From a virus: a DNA stretch of 64,000 nt. The position numbers and the translations under genes were made by a program. This document shows, in pieces, positions 17,785 to 27,780 of the stretch (the stretch's first letter is position 1; each line of letters begins with the position of its first letter). Location: positions 27,272 through 91,271 of IMG/VR virus record IMGVR_UViG_3300045946_000018. One strand, written 5' to 3'. The notes under the pieces are model-generated. The model ran no database searches. It saw only the letters and a list, made by a program, of their open reading frames with translations, and had not been told where the DNA came from.

Positions 17785-18644
17785 ACGCGCGCTCCCTCAA
17801 GCACTTTAATACGTGCCGACAATTCTTGTAGTGCACCTACAAGCCACGGTACGAGTTTACTAAAATCAACTTGCTGTGGCTTGATACTGCCATCCTCATT
17901 GAGCGCATCAGGTTCGCCTGTAACAGCTTCTGGAACAACTTGCTGTAATTCATGCGCGGCAAATCCATGCCCTTCTTCACCGGTAGATTTCCATAAAAAG
18001 CGAATTGGATTGAGCGATATTATACGCTCCAGGGCGCCGGTGAGTGGGGCGATGTCGGATTTGAGGCGGGCATCACTGGAGGTGGCGTAGGTGGTGCTCG
18101 TGGCATTGGCGATAATGTAACCTACTACTGCCGCAGCGGTATTGCGAAAGACAATGGACGAGTTGCCAGACGTGTCGTCGCCGTAATTCTGAATTATCAA
18201 GCCATGACTGGTAGGCTTGTCAAACAGCATAAATACCTTCGCATTATTGCTGACATCTGTGGTGCCAAGCACAATGTTTCCCTGGATATAGTTTGCGGCG
18301 CTGCCCTGCATAAAGAGTTGCCAGCGACCGCTGCCCACCGAGAGATTCGAGTTAAACGCCGTCAGCGGACTACCTGCCGTATCGCTGACAGTATGCTGCC
18401 GCGCGTTCACGTTTTGCTGGCCGGTGATGTCCCCGCTGGCGATGAGCGTATTCAACGTCGCACTCCCCCCCGTAATCGCCACCGCATTCGCATGCTGCTC
18501 GGCCATAGTGCCCAAGCCTAAATTATTACGTGCTGTCGCAGCTGTCGTTGCGCCAGTACCACCACCACTAATACTCAGCGGCATACTTTGCCCGTTCCAC
18601 AACGTCGCATTGAGCACACTTGTTGGATATACGTCAACAGCCAT
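17781..18644 (-). CDS. Short tail fibre with C-terminal peptidase S74 intramolecular chaperone
   Basis: AGGAG SD before MAVDVYP; GGTGATTAATARNNLGLG; TSSDARLK, GFAAHELQQVVPEAV. Confidence 0.8.
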   Translation of the reverse strand: MAVDVYPTSVLNATLWNGQSMPLSISGGGTGATTAATARNNLGLGTMAEQHANAVAITGGSATLNTLIASGDITGQQNVNARQHTVSDTAGSPLTAFNSNLSVGSGRWQLFMQGSAANYIQGNIVLGTTDVSNNAKVFMLFDKPTSHGLIIQNYGDDTSGNSSIVFRNTAAAVVGYIIANATSTTYATSSDARLKSDIAPLTGALERIISLNPIRFLWKSTGEEGHGFAAHELQQVVPEAVTGEPDALNEDGSIKPQQVDFSKLVPWLVGALQELSARIKVLEGARV

Positions 18645-18810
18645 CTTTGCACTCCTGCTGCACTTTCTTGAGTGCGGTAATTCCACCATCAATTCTGTGC
18701 AGCGTGATTTCGAGATACGCAACACGCTCACGTAAACGCAGCAATTCATTTTCACCAGCAGTAAATTCGTCCTGGAGACGGCTAATTTCTTGTGTAATTA
18801 ATTCAAGCAT
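18634..18810 (-). CDS. 58-aa coiled-coil protein (not in ORF track)
   Basis: Manual translation MLELITQEISRLQDEF...QQECKDGC; overlaps both neighbours. Confidence 0.55.
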   Translation of the reverse strand: MLELITQEISRLQDEFTAGENELLRLRERVAYLEITLHRIDGGITALKKVQQECKDGC

Positions 18811-21382
18811 GCTGGAGTTCCTCTATCATCGTGAGCATTTCTTGCATGCTAGCAATAACGTAAGGCAGCAGTTTTGAGCTATCCATTTGTTGCGGCATGA
18901 TATTACCGCTTTCGTCTACAGCATCAGGTTCACCAGTGATGGCTTCGGGAACCAGGTGCTGAATCTCGTTAGCAACAAATCCCACGCCGCGTGAGTTATC
19001 ACTACGCCAGCGCCAAGTACGCGCTGGAATCTGGCGCAGCACGTCCAGGGCGCCGGTGATGGGGGTAATGGCGGTTTTGAGGCGAATATCGCTGGAGGTG
19101 CTGTACGCGGTCGCTGTGGCAGTCGTACTGATGGAGCCCACTTCCGCTCCAGAGGCATTGGTGAAAAACAGAGCTTTGGCGTTGGTATCTGTCGATGGCT
19201 GCACCTGGATACCGTACTGCACCCCGCTGGCGGTATACGCCACCGTGATAGCCCGAGCGCTGAGTGGACTGGCCTGCATGCCAACAGTTCCGGCAAAATA
19301 ATTCGGCGCGGTGCCCTCCATATAACAGTTATAACGATTTGCTCCAGCGGCAATCAACCCACGGAAAGCGTAGCATTGATTGGATATAGGAATAGTCGGA
19401 TTCAGAACTTGAAAACCACGGTATCCGCCACAAGTACTGCCACCTGTTAGGGTCGGATCTTCTATAGTAATTCCAGCTATCGTTACATTCGATCCACTTC
19501 CTGAGTGCGGATATACGCGCTGTGCTGTCCAAGCCAAAGGATTATCTGAGTTGCCCTGGTTACTACTAAGCACCAACTGTGCCAAGCCACTAGTTGCACC
19601 GCCAAGCGCGACGCTTCCGCCCGTAATCGCCACCGCATTGGCGTGTTGCGTGGCCATGGTGCCGAGCGCATCGCCAAACTCCGTCGCATTCGCCGCCGCA
19701 TTGACACGCAGGACTTTGCTGGCGTTACCAGTGTAAGTATCAGGGGTATCGCTTAAAGAGAGCAGCGTGGGATAACCAAACGAGGCGCCAACGTAGGCGG
19801 TGTAGGTCACGGCCATGCCATCGTTATAGACGTGTCCAGTTTTTGTATCGCTAGCATTTCCGCCATCTCGAATGAGATTAAATTTTACCGTATCTCCAAC
19901 TTGAACATTTCCAGACGCTAATACAACAGTGTCTTCGTAAATAAGGTTATCCGAGGCAGTAAAATTGTATTGAATCGGTCCTAACACCCCTAAAGGGGAA
20001 GCGTTATTCCGGTGCCGGAATCCTTCGCAGTACATTGTCGCGGTTCCTGTCACACTACTACGACGCTTAAAATGAAACGTTACATCACCTCCAGCATAAT
20101 TTGATGGGACTTGCCAATAACATCCATGCTGAATGGGGAGCGCATCAACCCACCAATACGCATCTGCTGCTGCCCCGCTGCCTGAGTTTAATGCTATCCA
20201 AGACAGCGATGTTGTTATCGTCGTCGTCGTGCTATTACTCGGCGCGATAAATTCCAACGCCGTCGCGCCAGGATTGACGCGGACCATACTGTTGGCATTA
20301 CTGGCGTAGCTATTGGGCGTATCACTTAAGCCAAGAAAGTCCGTCACGCCGCCTGGTGGAATCGTCCACGCGCCAGTGCCATCTAAATACTGCGTAGCCG
20401 CGCCAGAGAGTTTTGGTAAAAAGCCATGCTGCAAGGTGCTGGCATTGTCCGCAGTTAAATCACTGAGTTGAATATGCGTTTCCGTGACTGAACCACTTAG
20501 TAAATTAGCTTTCATCTGTCCAGCAGTAGCTTTGTCCCATGCAATTGTGGCGGTATCAGTAAGCACTCTTTCAGCGGTAAGTATTGCGTTAGTTGAACCC
20601 GTTATATATTCAGCATTGTTAGGCGCGTCCCCACTAGGAGTTACCCATGTTCCAGCACCAGTCAGAACCTGCGTCATATTGCCACTTAGTTTAGGCAAAA
20701 ATCCATGCTTAGTTGTATCCGCATTATCAGCAGTACTATCACTTAACTGAATATGCGTTTCAGTTACTGAGCCAGTTAGCAAGTTTGCGGTAATTGAAGG
20801 TCCGGCGTCATTATAAGTAAAATCAATAGTAGAACTATCCACTAATATTAATCCCACCGCATCTTGTGCCTGCTCGTCGGTATATCCAGTACCGCCGCCA
20901 CCGCCACCAGAACCAAACTGTATTATAGCGGCGAAAGCATTGGATATCATCCCAGTACCGCCAGTAACATAAGTTACCGCAAATAAGTACCAACTAGTGT
21001 TGTTTACAATGCTATCAATTGTATAACGTGCCCAAATTGCAGAGTCAACCTTTTCCTGTATGTACAGACTATCTCCAACTTGAATTGCACCTAAAACGTT
21101 ACCAGCATTCACGCCACCATCTGTCGTTATAGATATAGCGAAGGACGTTGTAAGTGCAAAACTTGCTGCATTTATACGAAAATTACCTGCACCAGGATCA
21201 ACCATTATATCTATGTTGCGGTAAACCCATTCACCTGTTAACGAACCTGGACTAGCAATAGTTAATGTATTTGCGGTATCATCGTAATCAATACTAATGT
21301 TAACTCCAGCTTGGAGCAATTCAGCCACTTGGTCATCTATACGTTCACCAGAAACCGGCGTAGGTTGGACTACTATTTGCAT
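18803..21382 (-). CDS. Mosaic tail fibre with C-terminal peptidase S74 chaperone (may span the A/B junction)
   Basis: Repeated HGFLPKLSG and LSDTP modules; TSSDIRLK, GFVANEIQHLVPEAI. Confidence 0.8.
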   Translation of the reverse strand: MQIVVQPTPVSGERIDDQVAELLQAGVNISIDYDDTANTLTIASPGSLTGEWVYRNIDIMVDPGAGNFRINAASFALTTSFAISITTDGGVNAGNVLGAIQVGDSLYIQEKVDSAIWARYTIDSIVNNTSWYLFAVTYVTGGTGMISNAFAAIIQFGSGGGGGGTGYTDEQAQDAVGLILVDSSTIDFTYNDAGPSITANLLTGSVTETHIQLSDSTADNADTTKHGFLPKLSGNMTQVLTGAGTWVTPSGDAPNNAEYITGSTNAILTAERVLTDTATIAWDKATAGQMKANLLSGSVTETHIQLSDLTADNASTLQHGFLPKLSGAATQYLDGTGAWTIPPGGVTDFLGLSDTPNSYASNANSMVRVNPGATALEFIAPSNSTTTTITTSLSWIALNSGSGAAADAYWWVDALPIQHGCYWQVPSNYAGGDVTFHFKRRSSVTGTATMYCEGFRHRNNASPLGVLGPIQYNFTASDNLIYEDTVVLASGNVQVGDTVKFNLIRDGGNASDTKTGHVYNDGMAVTYTAYVGASFGYPTLLSLSDTPDTYTGNASKVLRVNAAANATEFGDALGTMATQHANAVAITGGSVALGGATSGLAQLVLSSNQGNSDNPLAWTAQRVYPHSGSGSNVTIAGITIEDPTLTGGSTCGGYRGFQVLNPTIPISNQCYAFRGLIAAGANRYNCYMEGTAPNYFAGTVGMQASPLSARAITVAYTASGVQYGIQVQPSTDTNAKALFFTNASGAEVGSISTTATATAYSTSSDIRLKTAITPITGALDVLRQIPARTWRWRSDNSRGVGFVANEIQHLVPEAITGEPDAVDESGNIMPQQMDSSKLLPYVIASMQEMLTMIEELQHA
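19044..19170 (+). repeat. 127-bp exact direct repeat, copy 1 (copy 2 at 63874-64000)
   Basis: Base-by-base comparison; offset 44,830. Confidence 0.95.
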
Positions 21383-21409
21383 AACTTTATTCCAGTGTTA
21401 AAATTTTAA

Positions 21410-22288
21410 TTACATAAAACTTCCCGCTAAGCCTAGCACAGCACCAGCCGCAGCTCCATATGGACCGCCTATACTAGCACCTGCCGCTGCGCCACTTAAC
21501 ACACCACCCAAACTTTTCTGTAACTGTGAAGGCTCATTACGTCCTACTGTCGCTGCAGCACCATTTAATGCCCCGGTAAATGCCCGTGCATATTCGAACA
21601 ATCCTAAATCCCAAAGTCTATGTTTAGATTCATATTCCAATTGTCGTGCGTCGTTATCAAATTTGGTTGAATAATACGATTTAAATAGTTCATTATATAC
21701 CCCAACTACACTTGCTGACCAATCTAGATGTTTAAACCAAATTTTGTACGACAAATCTAATGAAGCAATACGCAAATTTCCAGCAAATTCATTCACCGAT
21801 TTTACATGCGCGTCATAAATGATGCTTTTCCCTATTACAAATGTAGTTGCCTGTACAGCATTAATATCTCGCATACCAATAAGAAATTGTGGCAGCACCC
21901 GCGAGTCAATTTCATCTCGTAGCAGTGCTGAGTGCGCGGCTATACTGTTAGCTACTTCTGGTCCGTGTACTACATCTTCATATACATCTCCCCATAACAT
22001 ATGTAAATCTAATCCACCCATAAATTTACCAAACATATCCCATAACGAAGGAAAGTCCTCTATTCTATAAAATTGTGAAGGCTCGCCTGCAATATTACCA
22101 AAAAATCCACGCTCGGGCGTAATTCTCTCAAATACGTTACCAGTTGCATAAGGCGAATTAAAAAAAGCTTGGTTAAGCGCCTGATTCATAGTAAACACTG
22201 GTGGTACAACATCTACACCAGTAAGCATCCGATGAGTCTTTTCTAAATATGGCGCATATCGTACAGTCATTTCACCACCACCGCCCAT
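21410..22288 (-). CDS. Putative internal virion / pilot-type protein
   Basis: Gly/Ala-rich hydrophobic C-terminus (GAAAGASIGGPYGAAAGAVLG); position after tail genes. Confidence 0.55.
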   Translation of the reverse strand: MGGGGEMTVRYAPYLEKTHRMLTGVDVVPPVFTMNQALNQAFFNSPYATGNVFERITPERGFFGNIAGEPSQFYRIEDFPSLWDMFGKFMGGLDLHMLWGDVYEDVVHGPEVANSIAAHSALLRDEIDSRVLPQFLIGMRDINAVQATTFVIGKSIIYDAHVKSVNEFAGNLRIASLDLSYKIWFKHLDWSASVVGVYNELFKSYYSTKFDNDARQLEYESKHRLWDLGLFEYARAFTGALNGAAATVGRNEPSQLQKSLGGVLSGAAAGASIGGPYGAAAGAVLGLAGSFM

Positions 22289-22752
22289 TACTTTATCCTC
22301 GCAATGAAAGTCCTGCTCGTTTCTACAAAACCAACACGTTCTAATAATTCCGCGGCGCGGGCTACGTTCGTATTTGCTTTAATATATTCACATCCCTGCG
22401 CTAAAGCAAATTCTTTAAGACATTCCCATGTCTCAAAGACAATTTCATCATTGCTCTTTCTAAAACCATACACCATTTCTATTATTAGATATTCTTCTTT
22501 CGTAAGCGTATCTTGACTAACACAGGTTATTATAAATCCATAAGTTTCTCTCTGTTCATTCAACGCCGCCCATAACTGAAATTTTCCGCTAAGCAAAGAG
22601 ACCAACACATTAGGCATATATCCGCTATTAACAGATATAATACGCCCAACTTGTTCAACGCCTACCTGGATTGCGGGCCATACGTCGACCAATTGTTCCG
22701 GCTGAAGCTGTATTATCACTTCGTAAATCTCCTGCGAAAGCACCCTGTGCAA
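22288..22752 (-). CDS. GNAT-fold-like morphogenesis protein (start uncertain)
   Basis: LKEFALAQGCEYIKA.T....A.LLERVGF pattern; typical position in podovirus tail module. Confidence 0.5.
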   Translation of the reverse strand: MHRVLSQEIYEVIIQLQPEQLVDVWPAIQVGVEQVGRIISVNSGYMPNVLVSLLSGKFQLWAALNEQRETYGFIITCVSQDTLTKEEYLIIEMVYGFRKSNDEIVFETWECLKEFALAQGCEYIKANTNVARAAELLERVGFVETSRTFIARIK

Positions 22753-23821
22753 TTGGTACTAGCGCACTTCGGCTAAATCTTTGGTCCGTAGTTTTATAAT
22801 TAATGTTAATATAATCAATTTGAAATTCAGTAAGATAAAAACTACGGACTTTAATCCGAAATTCTTCGCCAGCACATTTAAGGAATCCCACACCACTAGG
22901 ATTAACAATAACCCAAGGGGTAGAAACAAAATTGGAACTTTTAGAAAATCTGTAGTCGTAAGACAAAAACAATCTTTGATCTGTATCAGTCCCAACATGT
23001 ACGCTCTCCAAAGTTTTTTGTCCACGTCGGCCAAAATCAATAATATCCGTAACAAACTCTAATGGAGTTTGCAAAATTGTACCTGGTGATTGTGTAACTA
23101 ATATTCCCTCTAAATAACAATACGCACTTAAATTACCGTATCCGCCACCCATACCATTTGCAGTATAAATAAACCCACCCCGCGCATCGGAAATAATTAC
23201 CCGCGTTAAATACTCGTCATAATACAAAATTGGGTTTTGGAGTGTAGTTAAGTATTCCTGATATCCAAGAAAATTTAAATCTTGATCTGTTAATGACCAA
23301 AATTGATCATTTCGATCAATGAAATAGTGTATGGCAAGCGAACCACATACACTATCTTTACTCTTTATTCCTATTGGTAATATATTCCTAAATGCAAATG
23401 CTATTCCACTAGGCGACATTCGTGTAACACCACTAGTACCATACACAACAGCCGAATTTTGTAATTGCTTTAACGCTAATACATATCCCCGCCAATCCAT
23501 CGGCCTAAAACCAGCGTCATTAGTTCGATCAAGTACAAAACTAGCGCTGCCAATTTTACTCCATCCTACCCAGTTTCTACGAGCCGATTCAATTACAAAT
23601 TCTCCTTTTAGCTGAAAAGCTAGAAAGATTTGAGTGTCAGTTCTAATCGGAATTCCAATCGACGTTGTACCTTGAAGTCTTAATAAAAGTCGAATTGATG
23701 CCGGGAATAAAACTACATTTAATGGTCCGCCGCGAACTTCGAATTCTAAAACGATCCAACGATTCGGCTCATCTATATTACAATTAAATGTTACGTCACG
23801 CTCTGGATTATTCTCGGCCAT
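22655..23821 (-). CDS. Putative tail nozzle / head-stabilisation protein (C-terminal portion)
   Basis: Beta-rich; NWVGWSKIG, TDIIDFGRRGQKTL resembling P22 gp10 / T7 gp12-like C-termini. Confidence 0.5.
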   Translation of the reverse strand: MAENNPERDVTFNCNIDEPNRWIVLEFEVRGGPLNVVLFPASIRLLLRLQGTTSIGIPIRTDTQIFLAFQLKGEFVIESARRNWVGWSKIGSASFVLDRTNDAGFRPMDWRGYVLALKQLQNSAVVYGTSGVTRMSPSGIAFAFRNILPIGIKSKDSVCGSLAIHYFIDRNDQFWSLTDQDLNFLGYQEYLTTLQNPILYYDEYLTRVIISDARGGFIYTANGMGGGYGNLSAYCYLEGILVTQSPGTILQTPLEFVTDIIDFGRRGQKTLESVHVGTDTDQRLFLSYDYRFSKSSNFVSTPWVIVNPSGVGFLKCAGEEFRIKVRSFYLTEFQIDYININYKTTDQRFSRSALVPIAQGAFAGDLRSDNTASAGTIGRRMARNPGRR

Positions 23822-23852
23822 TGACTACGTCCTTAATAATACGTTATCTTAT

Positions 23853-24281
23853 TTACCAAACCACCGCAATGTTTGCGATGGTAAAATTGCCGGTATCAAA
23901 CGTAGTTGTGGGCGCGCCAAAGTCTATGTAACCTATAATTGGATCAGCAACTGGAGTAGTTACCGTATCATCAAAAATAATTGCCCCCTGGGAAACTATA
24001 TCTCCTCCCGTGGCGAGCCACGATGCGTTATTCCAAGTTACGCGTTCCTCATTGTTAATATTATCGCGGGTTAATGTTACTCCAGTTAGCGTTTGCCCAC
24101 CCGCAGTATAGCCCGCGCCAGTTGTTAGCTCACTTGCAGTAACATCGGCGTAGCTATTATGATTTGCTCGGTCAAACGTAAATCCACTAGCCATGAGTAT
24201 AATTTTAAACACATCAGCAGGAAACGAAATAATCTTACGACCTATATCGTCTTTAAACTGGTTGCTAGGTAGCGTAGGCAT
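23853..24281 (-). CDS. Conserved phage minor structural protein
   Basis: FKIILM, GYTAGGQTL, IIGYIDFG motifs; GGAG SD. Confidence 0.6.
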   Translation of the reverse strand: MPTLPSNQFKDDIGRKIISFPADVFKIILMASGFTFDRANHNSYADVTASELTTGAGYTAGGQTLTGVTLTRDNINNEERVTWNNASWLATGGDIVSQGAIIFDDTVTTPVADPIIGYIDFGAPTTTFDTGNFTIANIAVVW

Positions 24282-24319
24282 ATTGGATTAGCTCCTCCAG
24301 TGTTAAAATTTTAATTCGC

Positions 24320-26875
24320 TCATCTGTATTGCGGATCAAGCGGAATTTTATCTCGCGTTGGAGAAAAACGCCAACGTGGATCATCCTCACCATGCAAAGA
24401 ATCTATTGGTTCTTTAAAATAAATCAGCGGTGTCTGCACCAATTCCCATTGCGTGCCTAGTGCCTGTGTAACCGGTAATACAATTCGTGTTGTAGCACCA
24501 AAAGGTAGAAATAAATTATCCCGCATATACACACCGTAATCGCCTGAGTTACGTGTAGTAGTAAAATCAGTTAGTTCATAATGCTCGAACACAGCTACAG
24601 GTAAATCAAACCAAACTATGGTACTTAACGTATAATCCACTGTACCTTGCAATTTAACTGCATAGAACATAGTCGCATCAAACGTGCTTCCATTAGCAAA
24701 ACCATGATTCGTAATTCCCGTCATTGTTTTACTAGTAAATGTCATTGCGCCATCCGTGCTATAAAACAATCTATCATAACACAGCAAATAAATCGTGTTA
24801 CTATCCGTCCACATATTGAACCTGGCACTGCCGATAGGTGTACTTATAATTGCCTTCGAGGTCCACGTTAGACCATCAGTCGAAGAATAAGTAGTTATAC
24901 TACCGTTGGATGTACCATCCGATCTAAATATGCTCACGTAATAGTTGCTTCCACTGCGTACTATTCTGGCATATTTATATGCTGTACCAAACGCCCATGT
25001 TTCGCCTAAAGTGTATGTATTACCATAATCCGTAGATAACCACAATTCAATATTCGTACCTACTTCGATTAATACCATAACTTTGCCGGTGGTGTCTTCT
25101 ACAACGATCTTACCTTCGCAATTTTGTGGCCGCGCACTCGGAAATAACCGCTCATAAATTGCACCGGTATTATGATACGCTGTCTTAATTACTATGCGAT
25201 GTCCTGTTACACTAGGCGAACCTAATATGCCCGCATCATCTCCACCATACATCATAAGTCCATCGAAAGCACCACTAATACTTGCTCCCGCAAGCCATTC
25301 GCGTGTATAAAACTTCTCTATTTGCCAATAAGGCCCATACCATTGGCGCGTACTAATATTGTAACGAAGGGGTATAACTGGACACGGATAATTTATACCA
25401 AGACCATATAACATTACATCAGTGCCACGCACATCTACAGCAAAATTCCAGCAACATTTCGGTATATCTATACGAAACCCTGGCGCACCCACTGCCTTCT
25501 TATGCCAATGTCCGCATGGATTATGCTCGCTAAGTTGCTCAGGCGAATCAAGAGTAAATTGTAGTGCCGCTGGTCCAACACCGGGAGCATCTATTGCTCG
25601 CGTACCATCATCAAGTTCCGCAAAATAAGTTGCTTCGACAGCAAGATAACTATAAAGTAAATCCGTTTGTTTCTCATCTACACCAAGCGCCCCATCCTCA
25701 TTTCGTCCCCAAGTCCACAATCTACCTTCGGTATCTATAGCCTGATGAAACCAGTAGCCTACACTTACATGAGTATATTGCGGTCCAGGTTGGGTTAGTG
25801 TAGGTAAAACTTCAACAGTATCCTCTACCCAACCAGGTTGATAAATTAAAAACGAAGCACTTCCCCAACCATAAATATTTCCATTTATATCCACTCCCGC
25901 TGCGCCAGTTTCCCCCACATCAATTTGTACAAAATGTCGTCCAGTAGGATCTTTGGTAAGTACAGTAGTATAAGTTGAGCTAAATCCAAACCAATATCCT
26001 GCGGCGTAAACATCGCCATTAGATAATAAAACTACCACGCCAGAATAGCTACAACTAATCTGCGTTATCTGCACGCCCGTGGGCACAGTTAAAGGTAATT
26101 GCATTGGCGCCGCGACAGAACCATTCACTCCCCATTCCGCAATCCACCACTCACCCCAAATCCAAATTTGATTACTCTCTGTAACTATGGCAGTAACACT
26201 CCAATAAGCCGCAACAAGTTTTACAGGACCAGGCACCCACGTCATTTCAATCGGAACTAAAGATACATAATCTTCAGCATAAGTATTATTACCAAAAGTT
26301 GTGCCATCTAAATTCTTACCCCAAATCCAAAGTGAACCATCAGGTTTTATTGCAATCATATGATATTGACCATTTATAAAATCTTTCCACACAACATCAA
26401 ACAATCGTTGCGGCGTTATGGCGTGCCTACCACCAGGAGTAAATGGAGTAGGCGGATAACCATTGCCAGTATATTGTGCAGTATCATTCCATCCACCTAA
26501 ACCAAAACTCCACGGCATACCCCATCCCCATAAATATCCTTCAGAATCTAGCGCGGTATAAAAATCTTCTCCCATTCTACATTTAACGAAATCTGATTTA
26601 GTTCCAACTTGAATAGGCTTTAAAGTTGCCGGATGATAATTACCTGGTGTTGCAGTTTCATAATACGTATCCGGATGCCGCCAAAAATTAGACGTTCCTG
26701 TGATGGATATAGGCGTTTGTCCACTGTAACCATAAGATGTGGCACCCCACGCATAAACTCGTCCAGCATTATCTATGGCCATCTGCATGCCCCCATCACC
26801 CGCATCACCAGTAACAAAACCAAACACTTTTGGTGGCGGAGGTGGGCATACGCCATTATTTAACATTTTCCACAT
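24320..26875 (-). CDS. RCC1-repeat plus BNR/Asp-box protein, probable tail/receptor-binding component
   Basis: Repeated AID..G.(V/L)(Y/W).WG; Asp boxes STDYGNTY, STDGLTW, STDGAMTF. Confidence 0.8.
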   Translation of the reverse strand: MWKMLNNGVCPPPPPKVFGFVTGDAGDGGMQMAIDNAGRVYAWGATSYGYSGQTPISITGTSNFWRHPDTYYETATPGNYHPATLKPIQVGTKSDFVKCRMGEDFYTALDSEGYLWGWGMPWSFGLGGWNDTAQYTGNGYPPTPFTPGGRHAITPQRLFDVVWKDFINGQYHMIAIKPDGSLWIWGKNLDGTTFGNNTYAEDYVSLVPIEMTWVPGPVKLVAAYWSVTAIVTESNQIWIWGEWWIAEWGVNGSVAAPMQLPLTVPTGVQITQISCSYSGVVVLLSNGDVYAAGYWFGFSSTYTTVLTKDPTGRHFVQIDVGETGAAGVDINGNIYGWGSASFLIYQPGWVEDTVEVLPTLTQPGPQYTHVSVGYWFHQAIDTEGRLWTWGRNEDGALGVDEKQTDLLYSYLAVEATYFAELDDGTRAIDAPGVGPAALQFTLDSPEQLSEHNPCGHWHKKAVGAPGFRIDIPKCCWNFAVDVRGTDVMLYGLGINYPCPVIPLRYNISTRQWYGPYWQIEKFYTREWLAGASISGAFDGLMMYGGDDAGILGSPSVTGHRIVIKTAYHNTGAIYERLFPSARPQNCEGKIVVEDTTGKVMVLIEVGTNIELWLSTDYGNTYTLGETWAFGTAYKYARIVRSGSNYYVSIFRSDGTSNGSITTYSSTDGLTWTSKAIISTPIGSARFNMWTDSNTIYLLCYDRLFYSTDGAMTFTSKTMTGITNHGFANGSTFDATMFYAVKLQGTVDYTLSTIVWFDLPVAVFEHYELTDFTTTRNSGDYGVYMRDNLFLPFGATTRIVLPVTQALGTQWELVQTPLIYFKEPIDSLHGEDDPRWRFSPTRDKIPLDPQYR

Positions 26876-26923
26876 TTGAAATTTCTCCGAAATTTCAACG
26901 AAAATAAAATTTGAACAGTGGAA

Positions 26924-27421
26924 CTATTCTCCGGTAAATCCAGTACCAACTACTTCGCCAGGTGAACCTACAATTAACTGCCCATTTAAATTCATAATAC
27001 ATGTACCCGGCGGTATTTCACAATCAATATATTCTGTAAACATTCCAGTTACAGGATCACGATATACAAGTATACGACCGTTGCAGCACAAAATATAATC
27101 CCCAAAATCGGCGACAGTCCAAGTGCTACCAGCAGGAGCATCTTGAAATACTTGCTCGGTCCCGAACGATCGTAGCTCATAAATACGCGTTTGTGTAAAG
27201 ACCAATACAATTTGACGTAACACAAAAACTTGCGGAAAAGGGAATTGGCATTGCTCGGGCAATCCAAATGTGTTATGCAAAACCGGCAAGGATTGTAGAA
27301 CACCATCTTCCGGTATACATCCTTTAGCAACATACAAAAACTCCTCGTTCCGCGGATTGTGCTCACTTGCGCGCAGGCCCCGCGCTAAACCTTCCTTAAA
27401 TACTACGGCAAATTCTCTCAT
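26924..27421 (-). CDS. Putative tail protein (possible N-terminal part of nozzle)
   Basis: Beta-rich ORF in structural operon shortly after adaptor. Confidence 0.45.
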   Translation of the reverse strand: MREFAVVFKEGLARGLRASEHNPRNEEFLYVAKGCIPEDGVLQSLPVLHNTFGLPEQCQFPFPQVFVLRQIVLVFTQTRIYELRSFGTEQVFQDAPAGSTWTVADFGDYILCCNGRILVYRDPVTGMFTEYIDCEIPPGTCIMNLNGQLIVGSPGEVVGTGFTGE

Positions 27422-27756
27422 AAATTCCCCAAAACTTTATCGAGTTGTTCAACGCCCATTTTTGGCGCAGAGGCTAATTTACTTTGTTGGGATAATAATT
27501 TACGCACTTCAGGCGCAGCAAGATCCAATAAATCTTGTACAGATTTACCAGGGTACTTAATTTCAAGCTGCTCTATTACCGTCCCAACAGTTTCTTTATG
27601 CTTAACTAAATCTTTGTGTTGCTCGTAAAATTGATTTGATAACTCCTTCATGGTAGACATGTTGTTAATTAAATGCGCTATTACTCCTGGAAGTAATAAT
27701 AAAACATGCTCGGTTATTTCACGCGTAAGTTCAGCGCGTTCCTCTGGAGTAATCAT
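27418..27756 (-). CDS. Hypothetical protein
   Basis: GGAG SD; ATGA overlap with next gene. Confidence 0.6.
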   Translation of the reverse strand: MITPEERAELTREITEHVLLLLPGVIAHLINNMSTMKELSNQFYEQHKDLVKHKETVGTVIEQLEIKYPGKSVQDLLDLAAPEVRKLLSQQSKLASAPKMGVEQLDKVLGNL

Positions 27757-27780
27757 TTTGCAAATCTCCGATTTGCAATT

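Larger units (their letters stand above)
1..19043. mobile_element. Phage A, partial genome (replication module, ejection proteins, tail end)
   Basis: Gene-for-gene homology and synteny with 47231-63873, but proteins are clearly diverged; own variant of the palindromic repeat; right boundary inferred from the 127-bp exact repeat. Confidence 0.75.

Noticed and set aside
17821-18043. Near-identical chaperone segments as DGR template/variable repeats
   Set aside because: No reverse transcriptase in the window and mismatches are not adenine-specific
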